DNA of 64,000 bases from an uncultured bacterium (GTDB lineage: Bacteria > Omnitrophota > Omnitrophia > Omnitrophales > Aquincolibacteriaceae). This document shows positions 45,679-54,226 of the stretch, in pieces (position 1 is the first letter of the stretch; the number at the start of each line of letters is the position of its first letter). The notes beneath the pieces are model-generated. The model did no database searches, had not been told where the DNA came from, and saw only the letters and a program-made list of their open reading frames with translations. The DNA lies in NCBI GenBank assembly GCA_964373045.1, contig CAYJSI010000001.1:31650-95649 (forward strand). The letters are read 5' to 3'. The translations under genes and the position numbers were made by a program.

Positions 45679-48449
45679 GCTCTCACAAACTGACGAGCGA
45701 TCCAATTTCCTGTCTCCTAGAGATTCCGAAAAGGAATAAAAACCGAGTTTTTTTAGTCGATGGGATTGAAAATCGGGAGTGGACTTTTGGGCAAATCCAC
45801 GAACAGGCCTGCGCCATATCCGAATGGCTGCATCGGCACGGGTTAAAAAAAGGTGATCGCCTTGCGGCCGTGTTACCAAATGCGTCCTCCACTGTGCGGC
45901 TTTATTTTGGCTGTCTTTACGCCGGAATTGTAATTGTTCCACTCAACCCCATCTCATCTCCAAAGGAAATGGAATTTATTATCCGGGACAGTTCTGCAAA
46001 AATGATCGTACTTTCTAATCGTGAAATAAACAAAATTAAAGACGTGAATTTGCCAAAGGATATTCAAATAATCACCTTAGGAGGTTTAGACGAGGAATCG
46101 GATTGTGAAGTCCTCAATCTGAATCGTTTGAGTTTAAGCGCACAAGATTTTTCTTTTAAAAATGTTACGGCCAACGACGATTTAATTATTATTTATACTT
46201 CAGGAACGACCGCCGATCCAAAGGGAGTTATCCACCGCATCGCGGACTTGGTCCATAATGGAAAAGCATTTGGAGAGCTGTTCGGTATCGGTCACGAGAA
46301 TCGTTTTTATAATAATCTTGCCCTCACTTATCTTGGTGGTTATTACAATTTGCTTTTACTGCCTTATGTCTGTGAATCAAGCATTGTCCTCTCCGAAACC
46401 TTTAATCCCGCATCTGTGATTAATTTTTGGGGTCCAATTATGCAGCACCAAGTGAATACTCTCTGGCTTGTCCCAAGCCTCATGGCGATATTACTAGAAA
46501 TGGACAGGTCTAACCAAGGCGAAAGATACTGCAACGAGAAAGTAAAGCTCATCTTCGCTGGCATGGCACCTCTGCCGCCGGCAATTCGTATCAAATTTGA
46601 GGAACGATACCGTCAGCCCGTATATGAAAATTATGGTCTATCAGAAACATTGTTTATTTCAACCAATCAACCCGGCATCCCAATTCAGGATGGAAGTGTT
46701 GGAACCATACTTTCGGGAGTTCAGATTTCAATTAGAGATAAAGATGAGAATGAGCTAAGTAACGAAGAGGAAGGTGAAATCTGGGTTAAAACGCCTTATC
46801 TGATGCGGGGATACGTTGAGCGGCTTAAACAAAACAAGAGCTGGGAATTATCGACGCAAGATTGGTTCCCGACCGGGGATTTGGGAGTGCTTTCAATTGA
46901 CAAAATGCTTTCAATTACGGGAAGAAAAAAAGATCTTATTATCCGGGGAGGAATCAACATTAGTCCTGCGAGCATCGAAAATACACTCTATCTTCATCCT
47001 GCCGTTATGGAGTGTGCCGTGGTCGGTGTTCCCCACAAATTCTCCGGAGAAGAAGTTGTTGCCGTGGTGCGTTTAGTTGAGGGCTCTAATTCCGGAGAAG
47101 TTCGTAAAGAACTCGTTGTGCTATGCCAGAAAAATCTTGCACGAATTAAGCAACCGAGCCAGTTTGTCGAGGTTATTGAATTTTCACATACGACTTCGGG
47201 AAAAATTCAAAAAAGAAAAATTAGAGCATGGCTGATGCAAAGAAACGAGGTGCTTATCACACCGCCGACGGTTATTCCAGCCTCAAAATCCGAACCACAT
47301 TTCATGCCTTCAAAAATCGTGGAAGCCAGCGTTGAGGCAATGTCGATTAAGTTTAATACTATGGTTTATGAAATGCAGCGGGAAAAAATTGATGTAACCG
47401 TTCTTTCGCTAGGAGAGGCCTTTTTTGATATTCCGCTTTTCGACTTTAGTAGTCTGCCGTTCCCAAATATCTATCATTATTCGCATCCGCGTGGCATTCC
47501 AGAACTCAGGGAAACCCTAGCGAAATATTTTCAGGACGAATATGACGTTACTTTTAATCCAAAAAATGAAATTCTTATCACTGCTGGATCAAAAATTGCC
47601 ATTCATATGACGCTGATGACGGTAATTAATCCGGGGGACGAGGTTCTTTATTATGAACCGGCCTGGGTAAGCTATCCAGAGCAGATTAAGTTATGCTATG
47701 GCGTCCCAGTTCCAATCCCTTACTATGAAAAGATCTCAAATTTCGAAAACTATATCACCAATCGGACTCGAATGCTGATCATCAACAATCCAACAAACCC
47801 AACGGGGCGCGTTCTTAACCTTGACGAACTCGGCTATCTCCATACTCTCGCCAAGAAATATAATTTATTTGTACTTTCCGACGAAGCCTATAGTGATTTT
47901 CTTTTAAACGACGGAGAATTCATATCGTTGGCAAACCTAGACATCGAAAAGCAGCATACATTGATTGTAAATTCTCTTTCTAAAAATTTTGGGATGTCCG
48001 GATGGCGCCTGGGATATGTCATTGCAAATCCGGCATTAATTGAGCAAATTCTAAAAATTAATCAGCATTTAGTTACCTGCCCGCCTACCATCCTAGAGTA
48101 CTATGCTACTAAGTATTTTGATGAAATTATCCGGGTCACAAAGCCGCAGATTCGAAATTTGGTGACTCGTCGCGCGCAGATCCAAGAATTTATGGATGAA
48201 TTAGGGCTTGCCTATATGTCGGGAACCGCAACGTTTTACCTCTTTGTTTCGATTGATCCCTCCAAGCTTTCTTCAGTGGATTTTTGTATGCAATTTCTGG
48301 AACGTTATCACGTCTGCGTTGTTCCGGGAATCGGATATGGAAAAAGCTGCGATCGCTTTGTCCGGGTTTCGGTGGGAACGGAAAGCCTAAGCCGCCTCAA
48401 AAGAGCGCTCAAGCTTCTAAAAGATTTTATTAAGGAGAGCTCGAAGTGA
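45651..48449 (+). CDS. Fusion protein: ANL adenylation domain (AMP-dependent ligase, DltA/acyl-CoA synthetase-like) plus class I/II PLP aminotransferase
   Basis: The N-terminal half carries IIYTSGTTADPKGVIH (A3), YGLSET (A5), TGDLG (A7), GRKKDLIIRGGINISPASIE (A8) and SGKIQKRKI (A10). The C-terminal half carries ITAGSKIAIH, NNPTNPTGRVL and NSLSKNFGMSGWRLGYV (catalytic Lys), typical of fold-type I aminotransferases. Single continuous 932-aa frame. Confidence 0.6.
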   Translation: MGPLSSEKISSHKLTSDPISCLLEIPKRNKNRVFLVDGIENREWTFGQIHEQACAISEWLHRHGLKKGDRLAAVLPNASSTVRLYFGCLYAGIVIVPLNPISSPKEMEFIIRDSSAKMIVLSNREINKIKDVNLPKDIQIITLGGLDEESDCEVLNLNRLSLSAQDFSFKNVTANDDLIIIYTSGTTADPKGVIHRIADLVHNGKAFGELFGIGHENRFYNNLALTYLGGYYNLLLLPYVCESSIVLSETFNPASVINFWGPIMQHQVNTLWLVPSLMAILLEMDRSNQGERYCNEKVKLIFAGMAPLPPAIRIKFEERYRQPVYENYGLSETLFISTNQPGIPIQDGSVGTILSGVQISIRDKDENELSNEEEGEIWVKTPYLMRGYVERLKQNKSWELSTQDWFPTGDLGVLSIDKMLSITGRKKDLIIRGGINISPASIENTLYLHPAVMECAVVGVPHKFSGEEVVAVVRLVEGSNSGEVRKELVVLCQKNLARIKQPSQFVEVIEFSHTTSGKIQKRKIRAWLMQRNEVLITPPTVIPASKSEPHFMPSKIVEASVEAMSIKFNTMVYEMQREKIDVTVLSLGEAFFDIPLFDFSSLPFPNIYHYSHPRGIPELRETLAKYFQDEYDVTFNPKNEILITAGSKIAIHMTLMTVINPGDEVLYYEPAWVSYPEQIKLCYGVPVPIPYYEKISNFENYITNRTRMLIINNPTNPTGRVLNLDELGYLHTLAKKYNLFVLSDEAYSDFLLNDGEFISLANLDIEKQHTLIVNSLSKNFGMSGWRLGYVIANPALIEQILKINQHLVTCPPTILEYYATKYFDEIIRVTKPQIRNLVTRRAQIQEFMDELGLAYMSGTATFYLFVSIDPSKLSSVDFCMQFLERYHVCVVPGIGYGKSCDRFVRVSVGTESLSRLKRALKLLKDFIKESSK

Positions 48450-49417
48450 GAACTTTGTCATTAAATTCAAAAACCCGCAAAGGCGTCGACACCATTTTAT
48501 TTAACTGCGGGCAGTTAAAGAGGGGGGAAACTTGCTGCGTTGTGTCCGACAAAAAAACGGCTCACTTGGGCGATGCCCTAGTCGAGGCCTCAAATGCCGA
48601 AGGAGTGACAGCGAAACATTTTGTCATCGAGCCTTTTTCAATTCACGGGCAAGAACCACCATCCGAAGTAGCGCGCGAAATGCGGGAAAGTGATCTTGTC
48701 ATTGGTCTGACCAAATATTCGATGGCGCATACTTCAGCTCGTTATGAGGCCTGTCGCAACGGTGCCAGATATTTGAGCTTACCGGATTATTCGGAAAAGG
48801 TCCTCGGGCACCCGTCGCTTCAGGTTGATTATGAAAGAGTGGGAGAAGGGGGAAGAAAGCTTGTGGCTAAATTATCGAGGGGGAAAAGGGTTCATATCCA
48901 AACAAAAGCAGGAACGGACATTAGATTAAATTATGAGGGCAGGCCTTGGAATTTTTGCCCCGGTTATGTCAACACCGAGAAGTTAATTCTTGGTTCGCCT
49001 CCGGATATTGAAATTAACGTCGCGCCGCTTGAAGATCAATCGGAAGGAATTGTGGTTGTGGATGGATCCATCCCCGTCCCCGGGCTTGGCAAACTAGATT
49101 CTTCAGTCACCTTACTCGTACAAAAGGGGAAAATCGTAGAATTTAAAGCCAAGCGCCGCTATAAACAATCGCTGGAAAAACTATTTAGACCGCACGCCAA
49201 AAAAGCCCGTGTCCTCGCAGAGTTCGGTATCGGTTTGAATCCTAAGGCAAAGCTCTGCGGTATTCTTTTGATTGATGAAGGCTGTTTGGGCACCTTTCAT
49301 TTTGGTTTTGGTTCGAACGCCACTATAGGAGGTAAAAACGCGGTAAAGTTTCATGTGGACTTTGTATTTTATGCCAGCTCATTTTGGCTCGATGGAAGGC
49401 TAATGAAAGTTTCCTGA
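48446..49417 (+). CDS. M29 (aminopeptidase T/AmpS)-fold protein, short form
   Basis: HIQTKAGTDIRLNYEG, EGCLGTFHFGFGSN and HVDFVF...DG align with the C-terminal metal-binding blocks of AmpS-like proteins. Confidence 0.3.
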   Translation: MRTLSLNSKTRKGVDTILFNCGQLKRGETCCVVSDKKTAHLGDALVEASNAEGVTAKHFVIEPFSIHGQEPPSEVAREMRESDLVIGLTKYSMAHTSARYEACRNGARYLSLPDYSEKVLGHPSLQVDYERVGEGGRKLVAKLSRGKRVHIQTKAGTDIRLNYEGRPWNFCPGYVNTEKLILGSPPDIEINVAPLEDQSEGIVVVDGSIPVPGLGKLDSSVTLLVQKGKIVEFKAKRRYKQSLEKLFRPHAKKARVLAEFGIGLNPKAKLCGILLIDEGCLGTFHFGFGSNATIGGKNAVKFHVDFVFYASSFWLDGRLMKVS

Positions 49418-50616
49418 TGACGACAGCATTAAAAGCGCTCGCGTATAAAATTCCTGAGGATGTCATCTTCCATATTTCCAAAGAGCGTCTTATCGCCACC
49501 AACGTTTTTGCCCGGACCCATGTAGAGATCAATGACGATCTTGTCAGGTTGACAAGATTTCTGTTCAAAATGAGGTCTTTGGATGACATCCTTGAATTTA
49601 TTCAAAATTGCAATCTGAAACTTGCGGCAACGGACCGTACTATCTTCTCAAACAAAAAGGGGCTTTTGGCGGATCCGACCAATCTTGAAATAAGCCAGAC
49701 GTCCCAACCGCAAACCCAGTGGGAAGAGGTCCTTAAATTGTTTTTGAGCCGGTTCATTTTAATTCAGGACGAAAAAAAGTACCGTGGCTATTTTAAAGCC
49801 AAAGACAATGTCTTTGATAATGACCATTTCGGAAATTTTCATCAGCAACTCGGGTTTAATCTTCGCCTCTTAGAAAGAGTCGATCCTGATTTGTGGTGGG
49901 TGGAGCAAAAATACCGCCACGATGAAGACGCTCTCGGCGATAATCTTTATAAGCACATTCAGTTGTATTTTTACGAACGTTTTTTTACACCTGAAAGGAT
50001 AAGAGGTAAAAGAGTGCTTGATGTCGGATGCGGTACGGGGTTTTACTCGCGATTGCTTGCCCGGCAGGGTGCTACGGTTTTAGGCATTGATCCCAACGGA
50101 AAACATATTCAACGCGCTAAATCATTGCATACCGAAGGACTACGAGTTGAATACCGAGTCGTGGATATAGCGAGCGGTTCGGCTTTGGAAAATCTCGCAT
50201 CCGATTCCTTCGACCTAATCTTTTTCCAGGACGCATTGATGTTTTACTTCGTTCCCTACGGCAACCAGCCTTTGACAACGTGTCAAAAAGTGCTTTCTGA
50301 ATTGAAGCGATGCCTCAAAAAAAACGGCAGTTTTTGGGTGATTGAGCCCCACGGTATGTTCTGGCTTTCACCCTGGTTCGGAAGCGATGAATACCCCTTT
50401 AGTGTCATCACCGAATATGCGCACAAAACTTATGGCGTCACTCCGACGCTGGAGCAATTATCAGCTGCTTTTGAAGATGCAGGACTTTTAATTAAGCGGA
50501 TCCATGAGCTTGAAGTTTCTGAAAAAGCTCAAAAAGATGACGTGCGCGCCTTTTCGTTCAGCCGGGAATTTCCGCAGTGGTGGGCTTTTGAATTAGTGAA
50601 AGGTGGAGAATCATGA
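49417..50616 (+). CDS. Class I SAM-dependent methyltransferase with an N-terminal accessory domain
   Basis: VLDVGCGTGFYSRLL motif I, LGIDPN, FDLIFFQDALMF. The ATG at 49417 overlaps the upstream stop. Confidence 0.55.
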   Translation: MTTALKALAYKIPEDVIFHISKERLIATNVFARTHVEINDDLVRLTRFLFKMRSLDDILEFIQNCNLKLAATDRTIFSNKKGLLADPTNLEISQTSQPQTQWEEVLKLFLSRFILIQDEKKYRGYFKAKDNVFDNDHFGNFHQQLGFNLRLLERVDPDLWWVEQKYRHDEDALGDNLYKHIQLYFYERFFTPERIRGKRVLDVGCGTGFYSRLLARQGATVLGIDPNGKHIQRAKSLHTEGLRVEYRVVDIASGSALENLASDSFDLIFFQDALMFYFVPYGNQPLTTCQKVLSELKRCLKKNGSFWVIEPHGMFWLSPWFGSDEYPFSVITEYAHKTYGVTPTLEQLSAAFEDAGLLIKRIHELEVSEKAQKDDVRAFSFSREFPQWWAFELVKGGES

Positions 50617-50870
50617 AAGAATTGATCACTAAACAAATTATGAATTATTTAAATGATTCCGGATTGTCGGTCAATGCCTTGCGACCACATGACATGCTAT
50701 TTGAGACGGGTGCCCTTGACTCATTTAGCATGGTTGAACTCATCACATTTCTGGAGAATAAGTATTCAATGCGATTTAGCGCCGATGATTTGAAAAGAGA
50801 ATATTTGGAATCGGTCGACAAAATCGTTGAACTTATCTCTAACAAAATGGAACTAAAGCGACATGGGTAA
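50613..50870 (+). CDS. DltC-like (D-alanyl-type) carrier protein
   Basis: 85 aa. ETGALDSFSMVELITFLENKY closely resembles DltC EEGLLDSFGTVELLLAIENRF (phosphopantetheine Ser). Confidence 0.5.
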   Translation: MKELITKQIMNYLNDSGLSVNALRPHDMLFETGALDSFSMVELITFLENKYSMRFSADDLKREYLESVDKIVELISNKMELKRHG

Positions 50871-52620
50871 AGCTCTCATCTTGGAAGAACGAGTCTCGGA
50901 CAGGGCAGCCGATTATGATCACGTTTTCTCGTTTTCGTCTAATCCGGCAGATTCATTTCCCGAAGATTACATTACGCAGTCTGAAATCAATGAAATTTAC
51001 GATCAGACTTACGAGGAGGTTTGCTCACGGTTGGCATCGGCGTTTAACCATCTTCAGTACCGAAAAGTTAGTCTGCTAACTTGCTTTAGAAAGCCCATTT
51101 TCCTTCATACTTTTTATGCGCGCGCCTTCGCTGTTATTTTCCAACGTGTTCGCTTAAAAAACCAATCCTGCGATTTTTATTTAAAAAACTCGACTCATGA
51201 AAAAAATTGGTCCTACCTGAGTCAAATTCTGGAGCAACAGGATTCTCTTGGCCCCATTCACATTATTTATGACAACTCAGGTAATCACTCAATAAAGCAT
51301 GATCCGGGTCACAGGCTCAAGTTGTTCGGGCCTTCCAAAGTTTCATTTGGCAATCTTCGTAGTTGCCGCGTAGCTTTTTTTTCTGATTATGAAAAATCAA
51401 AGGCTGTATTGCAAAGATTACATGGTAATGATTGTATTTTATTCTCAACAACCGTGTCGGCGCGGACATTGATGCGAGCTTTTAAGCATCACACAGCGCT
51501 ATTTCAGGTTCAGACCAATTCCATGGAGCACTCTCGACGGAATGCCGTTTGCGAATCTTATATTTCGGAATGGTTAGCCAGCAACCCGTTTAGTAACTTA
51601 ATGCTTAACGATTTCTCGGGCATTAAGTTTATTGTTCAAAAGGTCGCAGAATTGCTACGGGAAGGTCTGCCTAAGCTATTGTGTGAAATTGACGCGATGT
51701 TTAATTTTTTCATAAAAGCACATTCACTAGAGAGTGCCTTATTAGATGAAGACGTCTCGCCCGCAAAAAATGCGTTTTGTCAAATTGCAAGAATGTTTGG
51801 GATACAAACCTACGTTGAATGTCACGGTGCACTTGGTGGGCGGCATGGCCTTGTCCCGATTACAGCCGATCATATATTTGTTTGGGGAAATGCTCAAAAA
51901 AGAAGGTTGCTGCAATGGGGCTGTAAAAACGAAGAGGTTATTGTCTCGGGACGAAGCCAATATGAGTCCTACAAGATCCTTGACAAGGATAAGGTTAAAA
52001 GAAAAATCTTCAAACGGTTCAATTTACACCCGGATAAGAGAACGGGCTTGCTTGCCATGCCGACACTTGGGGCTTCGTGGTTCTTCTTTTTTGAGAACAA
52101 AATGAAGCGAATTACTTTGGAAGCGTTAGATCTTGTATATGACTTGGTGAAATTGCAGGATATGCAGTTTATCATTAAGCTTCATCCGGTGGACCCATCG
52201 ATTAATTTTTACTCAGATTGGGTGAATCGGCACTCTTTGACTAAAAAAGTTGTAGTGATTAAAAGTTATGATCCGCTTTTGCTTGCAAAAGCGTCTGATT
52301 TCATGATTGCCTATGGCTCGACCACCTATGCAATTGATGGGTTTGCCTTAGGTCTACCTGTCATTTGTCTTGATTCAGACATGGAGTCCTATTACGAAGA
52401 ACTCAAGCCATACTCGATATTCCGTTTTGTTAATAACAGGCGAGAACTAGAAAAGGCGATCGCGGATCTTAATGTGGGTAAACTCGGCCCTGATCCTGAA
52501 ACCTTGAACCTGGCCAGAAGGGAATGTCTCAACGAAAACGGGCTTCCGCCTGATGAAATTATTGCATCTTATTTAAAAAATGGCTCTCTTCCAGGCGCTG
52601 CTCAAAAATATGCCGGTTAA
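50863..52620 (+). CDS. GT-B-type transferase, TagF (Glyphos_transf)/Capsule_synth (KpsS/KpsC)-like; candidate nonulosonic-acid or polyol-phosphate transferase
   Basis: C-terminal DFMIAYGSTTYAIDGFALGLPVI resembles the TagF D.LITDYSS...KP.I block. ECHGALGGRHG is His-rich. Confidence 0.3.
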   Translation: MGKALILEERVSDRAADYDHVFSFSSNPADSFPEDYITQSEINEIYDQTYEEVCSRLASAFNHLQYRKVSLLTCFRKPIFLHTFYARAFAVIFQRVRLKNQSCDFYLKNSTHEKNWSYLSQILEQQDSLGPIHIIYDNSGNHSIKHDPGHRLKLFGPSKVSFGNLRSCRVAFFSDYEKSKAVLQRLHGNDCILFSTTVSARTLMRAFKHHTALFQVQTNSMEHSRRNAVCESYISEWLASNPFSNLMLNDFSGIKFIVQKVAELLREGLPKLLCEIDAMFNFFIKAHSLESALLDEDVSPAKNAFCQIARMFGIQTYVECHGALGGRHGLVPITADHIFVWGNAQKRRLLQWGCKNEEVIVSGRSQYESYKILDKDKVKRKIFKRFNLHPDKRTGLLAMPTLGASWFFFFENKMKRITLEALDLVYDLVKLQDMQFIIKLHPVDPSINFYSDWVNRHSLTKKVVVIKSYDPLLLAKASDFMIAYGSTTYAIDGFALGLPVICLDSDMESYYEELKPYSIFRFVNNRRELEKAIADLNVGKLGPDPETLNLARRECLNENGLPPDEIIASYLKNGSLPGAAQKYAG

Positions 52621-54073
52621 AAAAGAAATAGTAAAGCAGGTCACGGCCTATACTGTAAGCTCTCAAACTGCCCAATTAATTACCTTGGCCGCTGCACTTC
52701 TCACCCGGCGTTTTCTCGGCCCTCTTCAAATGGGCATTTGGACAACCCTTCAAATCGTCGTGGAATATTCAAAGTACACAACGTTGGGTGTTACGACGGC
52801 CATGAGCCGTGAAATTCCTTATCTCTTAGGAAAACAGCAAGACGATAAAGCTGAAGAAATAAAAAATCTCGTTTTTACTTTCTCCATTGCTACCGGTTTT
52901 TTTGTGTCATTGGGAATCGTACTTTTTTCTTTTTTGACCAATGGCATTTTTCGACCGGAAATCACATACGGTCTCCTTTTTGTATCAGCGATGATATTTC
53001 TGCTTCGTCTTAATAACATCTATGTTTCTCTTCTACGCTGCTATAAGAACTTTTATCTTGCTGGGAATCAACTTATTTTATCCGCAATCGTCAATGCATT
53101 ACTTATCGCCTGGTTGGGATACGCTTTTAAAATTTACGGCTTCATGGCTGCTCTTCTTCTGAGTCTTCTTTTCAATATTGCTTTCGTTCAATATTTTACC
53201 CGGTGGAAATTTAAATGGCGCTTTAGCCGACCGGAGTTTCAACCTCTGATGGCCTACGGCTTTCCTTTGATGATGACAGGGATTTTAACGACTGTCTTTC
53301 GTAGTCTAGACAAAATTTTTATCGCGAAGCAAATGGGATTCGAGATGCTTGGTTACTACAGTTTGGGGGTGATGGCCTCAAGTTTCATATCTAACATATC
53401 GACCTCGATCGGGATTGTTCTTTTTCCCCATTTTCAGAATAAATTTGGTGAGCGAGATAGTCGTAATGATCTCAAAAACTACGTACTGAAATCGTCCGTG
53501 GGCTATGCCCTTTTAATGCCCTTAATTATTGGACCGGTTTGGACCTTTTTGCCTTGGTTAATCTCCGTTTTCCTGCCCCATTTTGTTCCAGGTATCCCTG
53601 CGATGAAATATTTGAGTTTGAGTCTTTATTTTGCGGCAGTCGCGGAACCCTTTCAGCATTTTTTGATCACAGTTAAGAAACATATGATGTTTTTTCCCGC
53701 AATGGGCTCGGCCATAATTGCCACCTGCCTCGGTATCTCATATGCCATCATGCTTGGTTGGGGAATATCAGGAGTAGCCTGGATCATGGTATGCGCATTT
53801 TTTATATATTTCTCAATACTGTTCGCTACAGCGGGGTCTATGATTTTTGCTGGAAGGGAGGCGCTCAAAGTTTATTCGAAGTTGGTAGTACCTCTTGTAT
53901 ACTTAGTGGGCGCGATAACTCTTATTGGGCGACTCTTCGCAGCATCACCTCTCGACTTTTACTCGGCTGCTTTCCAGACATTATCCTTGTGGATTTTTCT
54001 AATCCCATTGGTGATTTTTTTAAACTCTAAATCTCACGTATTTTTTGCATTTTTTCCAAGAAACTTATCGTAA
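52610..54073 (+). CDS. wzx: Wzx-type oligosaccharide flippase (MOP superfamily, Polysacc_synt)
   Basis: About 12-14 TM helices. The N-terminal pattern LTRRFLGPLQMGIW...TAMSREIPY matches Polysacc_synt. ATGs at 52580 and 52610 are both possible starts. Confidence 0.55.
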   Translation: MPVKKEIVKQVTAYTVSSQTAQLITLAAALLTRRFLGPLQMGIWTTLQIVVEYSKYTTLGVTTAMSREIPYLLGKQQDDKAEEIKNLVFTFSIATGFFVSLGIVLFSFLTNGIFRPEITYGLLFVSAMIFLLRLNNIYVSLLRCYKNFYLAGNQLILSAIVNALLIAWLGYAFKIYGFMAALLLSLLFNIAFVQYFTRWKFKWRFSRPEFQPLMAYGFPLMMTGILTTVFRSLDKIFIAKQMGFEMLGYYSLGVMASSFISNISTSIGIVLFPHFQNKFGERDSRNDLKNYVLKSSVGYALLMPLIIGPVWTFLPWLISVFLPHFVPGIPAMKYLSLSLYFAAVAEPFQHFLITVKKHMMFFPAMGSAIIATCLGISYAIMLGWGISGVAWIMVCAFFIYFSILFATAGSMIFAGREALKVYSKLVVPLVYLVGAITLIGRLFAASPLDFYSAAFQTLSLWIFLIPLVIFLNSKSHVFFAFFPRNLS

Positions 54074-54131
54074 CTACTTGCAAACAAAAGAGTAAGGAGT
54101 GAATCGGCCGCTGGACCGGGGAAAGTTTGTA

Positions 54132-54160
54132 TTTACAGATGGCGCTATTTGCTGTATTAT
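54132..54160 (+). promoter_or_regulatory. Sigma70-like promoter TTTACA-17 nt-TATTAT, with a TG dinucleotide directly upstream of the -10
   Basis: Seen in the 153-nt intergenic gap upstream of the HldE-like gene. Confidence 0.3.
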
Positions 54161-54226
54161 ACGTGCTTTATCCGCGTCAGAACACATTGCTACGCATGAT
54201 GTTATATCCAAAATCAATAGAGTGGA

